This document shows, piece after piece, positions 9,519 through 18,526 of a DNA stretch of 64,000 bases (its first letter is position 1; each line of letters starts with the position of its first letter). The notes beneath the pieces were generated by a model, which was not told the DNA's origin, did not search any database, and was given only the letters and a program-made list of their open reading frames with translations. The position numbers and the translations under genes were made by a program. Source of the DNA: Geminicoccaceae bacterium (GTDB lineage: Bacteria; Pseudomonadota; Alphaproteobacteria; Geminicoccales; Geminicoccaceae); the NCBI GenBank assembly GCA_023512415.1, contig JAILZQ010000001.1, positions 20,008 through 84,007 on the forward strand. Direction: 5' to 3'.

Positions 9519-10584
9519 GCTCTCTCTCCCCGACACGGGTGGAACCGGACCCCTCCTCGGTCTGGACCTGGGTGGTGCGCATCTCAAGGCGGCTTTACTC
9601 GTCGAAGACGCGCCCGTGGCGATCCGCGAGGTGCCCTGCCGGCTCTGGGAAGGTCTCGATCGGCTGGACGCCGCCTTCGGCGAAGCCCTGGCCGCCTGGC
9701 CGGAACCCGGGGCCGTGGCGCTCACCATGACCGGCGAGCTCGTCGACCTGTTCCCCGACCGGCGGACCGGCGTCCTCCACCTGCTCGACGCCGTGGCGGC
9801 ACGGTTCCCGGGCCGGCCGCTCGCGGTCTGGAGCACGGACGGCTTCCTCGCCCCCGAAGCCGCCGCGACCTCCCCCCTGGCGGTGGCGTCCGCCAATTGG
9901 CAGGCGACCGCCGAGCTGCTCGCCCGGCGCCTCCCCTTCGGGATCCTCGTCGACATCGGCAGCACGACGACCGACCTCGTGCCCTTCGCCGGGGGCCGGG
10001 TACGGGCCCGCGGCCGCGACGATGCCGAGCGGCTGGCCGAAGGCGAGCTCGTCTATCGAGGGCTCGTCCGAACGCCTTTGATGGCGCTCGCCGACCGGGT
10101 GCCGTTCCGCGGCCGGCTCGTGGGCGTGGCGGCCGAACATTTCGCCACCACGGCCGACGTCTTTCGCCTGCTCGGCCGGCTCGACGAGGCGTTCGACCAG
10201 CATCCCGCGGCCGACGGCGGAGCCAAGACGGCCGAGGGGAGTGCCCGGCGGCTGTTGCGCATGGTCGGCACCGATCTCGGCCCGGCCTCGTTCCGGGAGG
10301 CTCGGGCCCTGGCCGCCCTCTTCGCCGAGGCGCAGCTCCGGCAGATCCACGACGGCCTCGCCCTCCTCCTCTCGCGTGCAGCGATCCCCGCCGAGGCCCC
10401 CCTGGTCGCAGCCGGCTGCGGCGCTTTCCTGGTTCCCGAACTCGCTCGGCGGCTCGACCGGCCGGTGCGGGATTTCGCTACGGTGCTGAGCCTCGAGGGC
10501 GAGCTCGCGCGCTGGGCTCGGGTCGCAGCTCCGGCCCTCGCCGTGGCCCTGCTCGCCCGCGAAGCTCGAACTCAAGCGGCCTGA
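9505..10584 (+). CDS. Hydantoinase/oxoprolinase-like 'H4MPT-linked C1 transfer pathway' protein
   Basis: 359 aa. LLGLDLGGAHLKAA and VDIGSTTTDLVPF are ASKHA/hydantoinase-A-like motifs. The start is uncertain because the annotated start overlaps the divergent neighbour by 14 nt. Confidence 0.65.
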   Translation: MKDGTLSLPDTGGTGPLLGLDLGGAHLKAALLVEDAPVAIREVPCRLWEGLDRLDAAFGEALAAWPEPGAVALTMTGELVDLFPDRRTGVLHLLDAVAARFPGRPLAVWSTDGFLAPEAAATSPLAVASANWQATAELLARRLPFGILVDIGSTTTDLVPFAGGRVRARGRDDAERLAEGELVYRGLVRTPLMALADRVPFRGRLVGVAAEHFATTADVFRLLGRLDEAFDQHPAADGGAKTAEGSARRLLRMVGTDLGPASFREARALAALFAEAQLRQIHDGLALLLSRAAIPAEAPLVAAGCGAFLVPELARRLDRPVRDFATVLSLEGELARWARVAAPALAVALLAREARTQAA

Positions 10585-11315
10585 AGCGATCGCCCGGGTT
10601 CGGTGCGCGCCGTCTCCAACGTGATGCGGACGCGCCGGAACGCCTCGGGGTCGAGGCGATCTCGGCGCTCGCCGCCACAGAGGGCACCGCGGAAGCCCAG
10701 ATAGTCGGCGCCGAGCCGCACCGAAGGTGCGATGTCGGCGAGGCCGAGCGAACCCGCGAGGCCACAGAGGAGCCCGATTTCCCGTGCCGCTGCCACGAAC
10801 CGGACGAGTCGGTCATCGTCGAGACAGCTGCGGAGACCGCCGGCACGCTTGTCGGCCGTATCGAGCATCACGCCCAGAAGGCCGGCCCGAGCGAAGGGTG
10901 CGAGGTCGGCGAGATCGGGGTCACGATCGGCCATGAGCACGGCCACGAGCCGCACCCCTCGAGCCGCCAACGGCGCGAGCCCGTCGAGGACGTGGGCCCG
11001 CCCCGAATCGGCGAAGAACCCCACCTTGACGACGTCGACGCCGCTCGCCGCCACTCGCTCGGCGGCCGCGCGCAGGAGCTGGAGGTCCATCGGCAGATCA
11101 CCGGTGGTCGCCGAGAGCGGCACGCGACCGCCGAAGCGGGCGACCGCGGCCGACAGATGCTCGGGCTGCCAGGCGCCGAGGGCTCCTGCGCGGGGATCTT
11201 TGAGGTCGAGCACCTCGGCACCGAGCTCGAGGGCCGTCTCCGCCTCCTCGAGGTCGGCCACGCTCGCGAGCAGCGCCGGGCGCCGGGCGGGCAGCGGAAG
11301 CGGGGAAGGACGCAT
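10572..11315 (-). CDS. mfnB: (5-formylfuran-3-yl)methyl phosphate synthase (DUF556; methanofuran biosynthesis)
   Basis: 247 aa. LLASVADLEEAETALELGAEVLDLKDPRAGALGA...PLSATTGDLP...GVDVVKVGFF matches my memory of MfnB/DUF556. Confidence 0.75.
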   Translation of the reverse strand: MRPSPLPLPARRPALLASVADLEEAETALELGAEVLDLKDPRAGALGAWQPEHLSAAVARFGGRVPLSATTGDLPMDLQLLRAAAERVAASGVDVVKVGFFADSGRAHVLDGLAPLAARGVRLVAVLMADRDPDLADLAPFARAGLLGVMLDTADKRAGGLRSCLDDDRLVRFVAAAREIGLLCGLAGSLGLADIAPSVRLGADYLGFRGALCGGERRDRLDPEAFRRVRITLETARTEPGRSLQAA

Positions 11316-11398
11316 GGGAGCGAACCCTCGGGGTTCCTTGGCGACGGCTCCCTAACCCCGTTAAGACGACCCGCGCAACGCACGGGGGAGCGAGGCTC

Positions 11399-13102
11399 GT
11401 GGCGATCCGGCTCACGGGTGGACGGGTGTTCGACCCGCTCGCCGGCATCGACGGCGAGAGCCGCGATCTCTGGATCGACCACGGCCGGATCGTCCCGCCA
11501 CCGCCGCCCGGCACGCCGGTCGAGGTCCACGACGTCTCGGGCTGTGTGGTGATGCCGGGCGGGATCGACATGCACAGCCACATCGGTGGCGGCAAGGTGG
11601 CGATCGCCCGGTTGCTCATGGCCGAAGAACACCGCGCCCACCGGGAGGCCTGCGGCCGGGGCTGCAGAGCCGGCAGTGGCGAGGTCTCGCCCTCCTCCTT
11701 CACCACCGGCTACCGCTACGCCCGGCTCGGCTACACGGCCGCCTTCGAGCCGGCGATGCTGCCGAGCAACGCCCGCGCCTCGCACCACGAGATGGCGGAC
11801 ATCCCGCTGCTCGACAAAGGTGCCTACGTGCTGCTCGGCAACGACGACTTGTTCCTGCGCCTGTTGGCCGAAGGCGCGGGCGAGCGGGCGATCGCCGACT
11901 ACGTCGCTTGGACTTTACGCGCCACCGGGGCGCTCGCGGTCAAGATCGTCAACCCGGGCGGGATCGCCGCCTTCAAGTACAACCAACGTCGGCTCGATCT
12001 CGACGAGCGGGCCGCCCCTTACGGGGTCACCCCCCGAGGGGTTCTCACCGCCCTCGCCGACGCGCTCGACCGGCTCGCCGTCCCGCATCCGATCCACGTC
12101 CACGGCTGCAATCTGGGTGTGCCGGGCAACATGGAAAGCACGCTCGCCACCATTCGGGCGATGGAGGGGCGGCGGATCCACCTGACCCATCTCCAGTTCC
12201 ACAGCTACGGCACCGAGGGGCCGCGGCGTTTCTCCTCGGGAGCGCCGGCGATCGCCGAGCTCGTCGACGCTTGCCCGAACGTCAGCCTGGATGTGGGCCA
12301 GGTGATGTTCGGCCAGACCGTGACCGCCTCGGCCGACACGATGGCGCAGTTCCGCAACGCCGCCCACGCCCGTCCACGCCGCTGGGTGGGAATGGACATC
12401 GAGTGCGAAGCGGGCTGCGGGGTCGTCCCGTTCCGCTACAAAGACAAGAGCTTCGTCAACGCGCTGCAATGGGCGATCGGGCTCGAGCTCTTCTTGCTCG
12501 TGCAAGATCCTTGGCGGCTCGCGCTCACCACCGACCACCCCAACGGCGGCGCCTTCACGCGCTATCCCGAACTGATCCGGCTCTTGATGGACAAGGATTT
12601 CCGCGACGCCATGTTCGCTCGGTTGCCGAAGGCGGCGCGCGAGCTCTCGATCCTCCCCTCGATCCGCCGCGAATATTCACTGTTCGAGATCGCCATCCTG
12701 ACCCGTGCCGGCCCGGCGCGCCTTTTGGGGCTCGAGCGGGAGATCGGTCATCTCCGGCCCGGTGCGCGGGCCGACGTCGCCGTCTACCGCGACGATCCGG
12801 ACCGCCAGCGGATGTTCGAGCGCGTCCATCTGCTCTTCAAGAACGGTCGGCTCGTGGTGCGTGACGGCGAGGTCCTGGAGCCCACGGTCACGGGCGCCGT
12901 CCATCTCGTCCGGCCGGATTTCGATCCGGCGATCGAGGCCCGGATCCGGACGTTCTTCGAGACTTGGCGTGATCAGCGCCTGTCGAGCTTCACGCTGGAT
13001 GCGGACGAGCTCGCGGAAGCGGGCGAGGTGGTCGAGCACGCCTGCCGCGGTGCCCCACCCCCACCACCGGCGCGGCCGCGTTCCGGAGCCGCCGGATCGT
13101 GA
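11399..13102 (+). CDS. fhcA: Formyltransferase/hydrolase complex subunit A (formylmethanofuran dehydrogenase subunit A homologue; amidohydrolase)
   Basis: 567 aa. IRLTGGRVFDP...VMPGGIDMHSHIGGGK is the amidohydrolase metal motif. GTG start is preceded by GGGGGAGCGAGG. Confidence 0.85.
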   Translation: MAIRLTGGRVFDPLAGIDGESRDLWIDHGRIVPPPPPGTPVEVHDVSGCVVMPGGIDMHSHIGGGKVAIARLLMAEEHRAHREACGRGCRAGSGEVSPSSFTTGYRYARLGYTAAFEPAMLPSNARASHHEMADIPLLDKGAYVLLGNDDLFLRLLAEGAGERAIADYVAWTLRATGALAVKIVNPGGIAAFKYNQRRLDLDERAAPYGVTPRGVLTALADALDRLAVPHPIHVHGCNLGVPGNMESTLATIRAMEGRRIHLTHLQFHSYGTEGPRRFSSGAPAIAELVDACPNVSLDVGQVMFGQTVTASADTMAQFRNAAHARPRRWVGMDIECEAGCGVVPFRYKDKSFVNALQWAIGLELFLLVQDPWRLALTTDHPNGGAFTRYPELIRLLMDKDFRDAMFARLPKAARELSILPSIRREYSLFEIAILTRAGPARLLGLEREIGHLRPGARADVAVYRDDPDRQRMFERVHLLFKNGRLVVRDGEVLEPTVTGAVHLVRPDFDPAIEARIRTFFETWRDQRLSSFTLDADELAEAGEVVEHACRGAPPPPPARPRSGAAGS

Positions 13103-14034
13103 CCGCCCCGCTCGAACTCGACGGCGTGCTGGTCCGCGACAGCTTCGCCGAAGCCTTCCCGATGCGCGCCACGCGCCTCTTGATCACGGCCGACAGCCCG
13201 CGCTGGGCCGAGATCGCGGCGCGGACCACGACCGGCTTCGCGACCTCGGTGATCGCTTGCGGCTGCGAGGCCGGGATCGAGCGCCCACTCGCCCCCGAGG
13301 AGACCCCGGACGGACGGCCGGGTGTGGCGGTCCTCCTCTTCGCGATGAACGAGAAGGGCCTCGCCGACCAGCTCGTGAAGCGGGTCGGCCAATGCGTGCT
13401 CACCTGCCCCACCGCAGCCGCCTGGTCGGGCCTCGATTCGGAGCGGACGGTCCCGCTCGGCCGCAGCCTGCGCTTCTTCGGCGACGGCTATCAGAGCAGC
13501 AAGCGGATCGGCCATCGCCGCTTCTGGCGCGTGCCGGTCATGGAGGGCGAGTTCCTGGTCGAGGACCGGGTCGGGATCACCGAGGGGGTGGGGGGTGGCA
13601 ATTTCCTGATCTTGGCCGAGACCGCCCGGGCCGCCCTCCGCGCGGCCGAGGCCGCGGTCGAGGCGATCGGGCGCGTACCGGACGTGATCCTCCCCTTCCC
13701 GGGTGGGATCGTCCGTTCGGGCTCGAAGGTAGGGGCACGCTATCGGGGTATGATCGCCTCCACCAACCATCGCTACTGCCCGACCCTGCGCGGCCACGTG
13801 GCCGACAGCGCCTTGCCGCCCGAGGTCGGCTCGGTGCTCGAGATCGTCGTCGACGGGCTCGAGGAAGCCGCGGTCGGTCGGGCCATGGTCGAAGGCATCC
13901 GCGCGGCCTGCGCCCTCGGCCGGGGAGCGGGCGTCGTCGCGATCGATGCCGGCAATTACGGCGGCAAGCTCGGGCCGTATCATTTCCACCTGCACCGGCT
14001 GCTCGCCCGATCCGTGGACGCGACTACGGGATGA
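13099..14034 (+). CDS. fhcD: Formylmethanofuran--tetrahydromethanopterin N-formyltransferase
   Basis: 311 aa with Ftr-like sequence throughout (FAEAFPMRATRLLITA...GFATSVIACGCEAGIE...GGGNFLILA...GGKLGPYHFHL). GTGA overlap with fhcA. Confidence 0.9.
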   Translation: MTAPLELDGVLVRDSFAEAFPMRATRLLITADSPRWAEIAARTTTGFATSVIACGCEAGIERPLAPEETPDGRPGVAVLLFAMNEKGLADQLVKRVGQCVLTCPTAAAWSGLDSERTVPLGRSLRFFGDGYQSSKRIGHRRFWRVPVMEGEFLVEDRVGITEGVGGGNFLILAETARAALRAAEAAVEAIGRVPDVILPFPGGIVRSGSKVGARYRGMIASTNHRYCPTLRGHVADSALPPEVGSVLEIVVDGLEEAAVGRAMVEGIRAACALGRGAGVVAIDAGNYGGKLGPYHFHLHRLLARSVDATTG

Positions 14035-15416
14035 CCGTGCCGGACCCGCCGGCTCTGCCCTCGCTCGGCGAGGCGGTGCGGACCTGGGCGCGGATCGCCC
14101 TCCTCTCCTTCGGCGGTCCGGCCGGTCAGATCGCGTCGATGCACCGCGTGTTGGTCGAAGAAAAACGGTGGATCGGTGAGGGGCGCTTCTTGCACGCGCT
14201 CCATTTCTGCATGCTCTTGCCCGGGCCCGAGGCCCAGCAGCTCACGATCTATTTGGGTTGGCTCCTGAACGGGCTCCGGGGCGGTCTCCTGGCCGGCATC
14301 CTTTTCGTGTTGCCGGGCTACGTGGCACTCACCGGGCTTTCGGTCCTCTACCTCACGCTCGGTCGACTGCCCCTCGTGCAGGCCATCTTTTTGGGCCTCC
14401 GCGCGGCCGTGTTGGCGATCGTCCTCGAAGCGGTGATCCGGATCGGTCGGCGGAGCTTGCGCAATCGGACGATGCTCGGCCTCGCCGGGCTCGCGTTCCT
14501 GGCTCTCTTCGCCCTCGCGGTTCCCTTCCCGCTCGTCGTCCTCGGAGCCGCCCTCCTCGGCTGGCTCGGCGGACGGTTCGGCCTTCCCCCGTTCCTGCCG
14601 GGCGACGGGCCTTCCGGCCACAGCGCGCGCGGCGAGCCGGGCTCGGCGCTCGGCGAGACCCTCCCGGCCCATGCCCGGACCGGCCCGGGCTGGAGCACGC
14701 GGGTGGTCGCCATCGGTCTACCGCTCTGGCTCGCCCCGACCCTCCTGCTCGTCACCCTGCTCGGGTCCGACCACGTGCTGACCGCGCTCGCCCGGCTCGC
14801 GAGCGTGCTCGCGCTCGTCACCTTCGGCGGAGCCTATGCCGTGCTCACCTGGCTCGCTCAAGTAGCGGTCGAGACCCACGGCTGGCTCACCCCCTCCGAG
14901 ATGCTCGACGGGCTCGCTCTCGGCGAGACCACACCCGGGCCCCTGATCATGGTGCTCCTGTTCGTGGCCTTTCTCGCCGCGTTCCGCGAGCCCGGCGGTT
15001 TCGACCCGCTCCTGGCCGGGCTCCTGGGTGGTACGCTCGTGACCTGGGTGACCTTCGTTCCTTGCTTCGTGTGGATCCTGGCCGGGGCGCCGTACGTCGA
15101 GCGGCTGCGCGCCGACCGCACCCTCGCCGCGGCCCTGGAGGTGATCGGCGCAGCCGTGACGGGCGTGATCCTCCACCTCGCGACATGGTTCGCGCTCCAC
15201 ACGCTCTTCCTCGTGGTCGAGCCGGTCCGCCTCGGCCCGCTCGTCGTCGACCTACCGGTGCTCGCGAGCTGGAACCCCGCCGCTTGTCTCCTCACCCTCG
15301 GGGCCCTGCTCGCCGTCTTCCGCTTCCGGATCGGGCTCGCACCACTCCTGCTCGGCGGAGCGGCTGCCGGCCTCGGCCTCCACTTCCTCCGCTTCGAGCT
15401 CTTGGGCTTTCTTTGA
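14031..15416 (+). CDS. chrA: CHR-family (chromate ion transporter) membrane protein, two-domain type
   Basis: 461 aa. ALLSFGGPAGQIASMHRVLVEEKRWI...LHFCMLLPGPEA, with a second half ALVTFGGAYAVL...GLALGETTPGPL. ATG overlaps the fhcD stop (ATGA). Confidence 0.85.
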   Translation: MTVPDPPALPSLGEAVRTWARIALLSFGGPAGQIASMHRVLVEEKRWIGEGRFLHALHFCMLLPGPEAQQLTIYLGWLLNGLRGGLLAGILFVLPGYVALTGLSVLYLTLGRLPLVQAIFLGLRAAVLAIVLEAVIRIGRRSLRNRTMLGLAGLAFLALFALAVPFPLVVLGAALLGWLGGRFGLPPFLPGDGPSGHSARGEPGSALGETLPAHARTGPGWSTRVVAIGLPLWLAPTLLLVTLLGSDHVLTALARLASVLALVTFGGAYAVLTWLAQVAVETHGWLTPSEMLDGLALGETTPGPLIMVLLFVAFLAAFREPGGFDPLLAGLLGGTLVTWVTFVPCFVWILAGAPYVERLRADRTLAAALEVIGAAVTGVILHLATWFALHTLFLVVEPVRLGPLVVDLPVLASWNPAACLLTLGALLAVFRFRIGLAPLLLGGAAAGLGLHFLRFELLGFL

Positions 15417-15426
15417 AAGAGCTCGA

Positions 15427-15786
15427 TCAGGAACCCGCGCCGGCGGCCGCCGCCATTTGATCGTAGCAGGCGAGCGCCTGGGCGCCGTAGACCGAGGAGG
15501 GGCCGCCGCCCATTTCGACCGCCACCCCGATCGTCTCGAGGAGCTCCTGGCGAGTGACGCCGAGCCGCAGGCAGGCGCGGGTGTGGAAGACGATGCAACC
15601 CTCGCAGCGCACCGCGATCGAGATGGCGAGCGCGATGAGCTCCTTCTGCTTGTGGGTGAGAGCGCCGTCCTGGCTCGCCGCTTGGACGAGCCCGCGGAAC
15701 GCCTTCATCGGCTCGCCACCCGCCTGGTGCAGCGCCTTGGAATTGGCGACGTACTCCTGTTCGAGCGCCAGATAGTCCTTGGCCAC
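15427..15786 (-). CDS. Carboxymuconolactone decarboxylase / AhpD-like family protein
   Basis: LTHKQKELIALAISIAVRCEGCIVFH carries the CxxC of the CMD/AhpD family. GTG at 15786 is preceded by GGAGAGGAG; the track ORF extends to 15864. Confidence 0.7.
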   Translation of the reverse strand: MAKDYLALEQEYVANSKALHQAGGEPMKAFRGLVQAASQDGALTHKQKELIALAISIAVRCEGCIVFHTRACLRLGVTRQELLETIGVAVEMGGGPSSVYGAQALACYDQMAAAAGAGS

Positions 15787-16010
15787 GGGCTCCTCTCCCT
15801 CGGTCGGTTCGAATGGTGCTCCTCGACGCGATGCCCGATCGACGGGCTCGTGTCGATCCGCCACGGGACCGGCTCGACGCGGGGCCGGGCACGAACGGCA
15901 GCGTGCGGGCTCCGGGGAGACCGGATGTGCCCGCCCGACACCGCCCGGGTGAGGTTCGGGTCACGTGCGGGCGAAGCTCCGGCCGTCCCGGCCGAGCGGT
16001 GTGCGAGCGA

Positions 16011-16038
16011 AAGAAAAAGCCGGCCCGACGGGGCCGGC
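16011..16038 (-). terminator. Rho-independent terminator of hsp20
   Basis: On the minus strand GCCGGCCC-CGTC-GGGCCGGC is followed by TTTTTCTT, about 22 nt after the hsp20 stop. Confidence 0.75.
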
Positions 16039-16060
16039 CCGCGTGGTGACGGCCGGACGC

Positions 16061-16540
16061 TCAGGAGCCGGCCTTGATCTCGATCTTCTTGGCCTTGGCC
16101 TCGGCCGAAGGCTTCTTCGGCAGGGTGATCGTCAACACACCCTTGTCGAACTTGGCCTCGACCTTGTCCTCTTCGACCTCGACCGGGATCGGGATCTGGC
16201 GGAGGAAGGAGCCGTAAGCGCGCTCCATGAGGTAATAGCCCTTCTCCTTCTCCTCGCGCTCCTGCTTCTTCTCGCCCTTGATCGTGAGCACGCCGTCGGC
16301 GAGCTGGACCTCGACGTCCTTCTCGGTGACGCCCGGCAGTTCGGCTTGGACCTCGACCGCGGTGTCGGTCTCGCGCATGTCGACCCGGGGCGCCATCAGC
16401 CCCATGCCGAGGGCCGGCCGGGCGAGGCTGAAGCTCTTGGTCATCTCCTCGAACAGGCGATCCATCTCGCGGCGCATGGCCGTGAACGGATCCTCGGCGA
16501 GCTCGCGGCGGCCGAACGGCATCAGCGACTTGAAATCCAT
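16061..16540 (-). CDS. Small heat-shock protein (Hsp20/alpha-crystallin family)
   Basis: 159 aa from ATG 16540. Alpha-crystallin domain: PRVDMRETDTAVEVQAELPGVTEKDVEVQLADGVLTIKGEKK...ERAYGSFLRQIPIP...AKFDKGVLTITLPK. Confidence 0.9.
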   Translation of the reverse strand: MDFKSLMPFGRRELAEDPFTAMRREMDRLFEEMTKSFSLARPALGMGLMAPRVDMRETDTAVEVQAELPGVTEKDVEVQLADGVLTIKGEKKQEREEKEKGYYLMERAYGSFLRQIPIPVEVEEDKVEAKFDKGVLTITLPKKPSAEAKAKKIEIKAGS

Positions 16541-16542
16541 CG

Positions 16543-16606
16543 TCTCGCTCCCCTCTCGGCACGTCCCCCGACCGGGACGGCTGCGAGAGAGGTGGGAATG
16601 AGCAAA
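16543..16606 (-). promoter_or_regulatory. SD-sequestering leader hairpin upstream of hsp20 (ROSE-like RNA thermometer candidate)
   Basis: The leader reads UUUGCUCAUUCCCACCUCUCUCGCAGCCGUCCCGGUCGGGGGACGUGCCGAGAGGGGAGCGAGACG-AUG. CCUCUCUCG pairs with CGAGAGGGG (one G-U pair), and UUGCU pairs with AGCGA. Together these cover the GGGGAG Shine-Dalgarno. Confidence 0.45.
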
Positions 16607-16888
16607 CGGAATGCCAGCCCGGGACCGGTGCGCGACGCGGTCGCAGCGACCGGAGCGGCCCCAGGCCGCAGGATCGAGTGACATCGTCGCGACGAAGGAC
16701 GTAGCGGGGAGAACGCAGGCGCGAGTATCTGTTCGTGTGGCGCGTCATGATATGCCCACAAGCCTTGCGGTCCGCGGACCCTCTCGGGCAGTCTGGTATG
16801 GCCCGACAAGGTGGGGCGTCGCGTGCCACCCCGGCTCGGGACCGCTTTACCGGGTCGCGAGCAGAATCACGGGTCGCAAGGAAACGCC

Positions 16889-18349
16889 ATGGCCACAGCT
16901 CGTGCCGAGACCGCCTCGCTCGCCGAGCCGCGCACCGTCCACAAAACGGTCTTGTTCGCCGTCGTCGACACACTCGCCATTTTGAGCGGTTTCCTGATCG
17001 CGCTCGGCCTTTTGGCCCTGCGGCCAAACTTCGCCGCCGCGCTCCAGCTCGTCCCCCCCCGGATCGCGATCGACCTCGCGATCGTCGCCGGGCTCGTGCT
17101 GTTCTTCCGTTCGAGCGGGCACTACACCGAGCGACACTCGTTCTGGCAGGAGCTGGCCGAGATCGTCCTCGCCTTCGCCGCGGCGTTGCTGGTCGACTCG
17201 GCGGCGATGTTCTTCCTCAAGCTCGAGCCCTCGCGATTGAGCGTCTTGGGCTTCTGGACCGTCGGCTGCGTGGTGCTGATCGTCGGTCGCTGGCTGGTCA
17301 AGAGCTGGCTCGTCACTCGGGGACTGTGGTCGCTGCCGGCGGTGATCGTCGGCACCGGGCAGAACGCCCGCGACCTCGCCCTGGCCCTGCTCGACGACCC
17401 GCTGCCGACCTTTCGGCCGATCGCCTTCGTCGATCCGAATGCGGAGATGACCCGGGTCGGTTCGCTCGAGATCGAACGCGACCAATCCCTCCCGGTGCTC
17501 GGGGCACGCCGCGACCCGTTCGAGATCGCCCGCCGCTTCCCCCACGCCCGCGTGCTCGTCGCCCTGGAGCTCGACGAGTTCCCAACGGCCAAGCCGTTCG
17601 TCGAGCGGCTGAGCCGAGCCCATCGCCAGGTCGAGCTGATGCTGCCGTTCCGCAGCCTGCCGGCTCGGCGCTACTACCGGACCCATTGGGTCAACCACGA
17701 CATCACGACGGTCCGGCTCGCGCCGAGCCTGGGCTCTCGCTCCCAGCAATACGTCAAGCGCGCCTTCGACCTCGTCCTGGCGAGCCTGATCTTGGTCTTT
17801 TTGGCCCCGCTCTTCCTGCTCTTGTGCGCCTGCGTGGCGACGAGTGGCCGCCCGATCTTCTTCGCCCACACCCGGATCGGCCGCCACGGCCGACCGTTCC
17901 GCTGCCTCAAGTTCCGGACCATGACTCCCGACGCCGAGCGACGACTCGCCGAAATCCTCGAGCGGGATCCACGCGCCGCCGTCGAATGGCAGCTCACCCG
18001 CAAGCTCAAGGACGATCCGCGGGTCACCAAGATCGGTCGCTTCCTGCGCCGCACCAGCCTCGACGAGCTGCCGCAGCTGATCAACGTCATCAGAGGCGAG
18101 ATGAGCCTCGTCGGACCGCGTCCGGTTACCGCCGAAGAGGTCGAGGCCTATGGCGAGCATCGCGACTGCTACCTCCAGTCCCGTCCCGGCATCACCGGAC
18201 TCTGGCAGGTGAGCGGGCGCAACCAGCTCGACTTTCGCCGACGGGTCCACCTCGATGCGTTCTACGTCCAGAACTGGAGCCTCTTGCGGGACATCGTCAT
18301 CCTGTTGATGACGGTGCGCGTCGTCTTCTCCAGACACGGCGCTTATTGA
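16889..18349 (+). CDS. Exopolysaccharide priming enzyme: undecaprenyl-phosphate sugar phosphotransferase (bacterial sugar transferase family)
   Basis: 486 aa from ATG 16889. Multi-TM N-terminus, then C-terminal KRAFDLVLA...SGRPIFFAHTRIGRHGRPFRCLKFRTM...DELPQLINVIRGEMSLVGPRP...RPGITGLWQVSGRN. Confidence 0.85.
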   Translation: MATARAETASLAEPRTVHKTVLFAVVDTLAILSGFLIALGLLALRPNFAAALQLVPPRIAIDLAIVAGLVLFFRSSGHYTERHSFWQELAEIVLAFAAALLVDSAAMFFLKLEPSRLSVLGFWTVGCVVLIVGRWLVKSWLVTRGLWSLPAVIVGTGQNARDLALALLDDPLPTFRPIAFVDPNAEMTRVGSLEIERDQSLPVLGARRDPFEIARRFPHARVLVALELDEFPTAKPFVERLSRAHRQVELMLPFRSLPARRYYRTHWVNHDITTVRLAPSLGSRSQQYVKRAFDLVLASLILVFLAPLFLLLCACVATSGRPIFFAHTRIGRHGRPFRCLKFRTMTPDAERRLAEILERDPRAAVEWQLTRKLKDDPRVTKIGRFLRRTSLDELPQLINVIRGEMSLVGPRPVTAEEVEAYGEHRDCYLQSRPGITGLWQVSGRNQLDFRRRVHLDAFYVQNWSLLRDIVILLMTVRVVFSRHGAY

Positions 18350-18446
18350 ATCTTCGGCACCGACAGGGACCGCCCTCTCCCCGCCCGCGGCGATAGGCCT
18401 TGCGGAACACCCGGGCCCGAGCCGGCGACTTCGCGCGCAACGGATC

Positions 18447-18475
18447 TTGACAAAAAACCTATAGCGAGATAGAAG
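18447..18475 (+). promoter_or_regulatory. Sigma70-like promoter candidate for the giant gene
   Basis: TTGACA (18447-18452), a 17-nt spacer, then TAGAAG (18470-18475), in a locally AT-richer stretch about 50 nt upstream of the TTG start. Confidence 0.3.
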
Positions 18476-18526
18476 TCATACGCGACGCCATCCCGCGGCG
18501 GCCGCCGCGCGCGAGAGGACCCCGCC

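Noticed and set aside
8250-11552. 1100-aa + strand ORF spanning fae to fhcA
   Set aside because: It crosses four well-supported genes on both strands in the wrong frame, and its sequence is Arg/Pro/Gly-rich nonsense.
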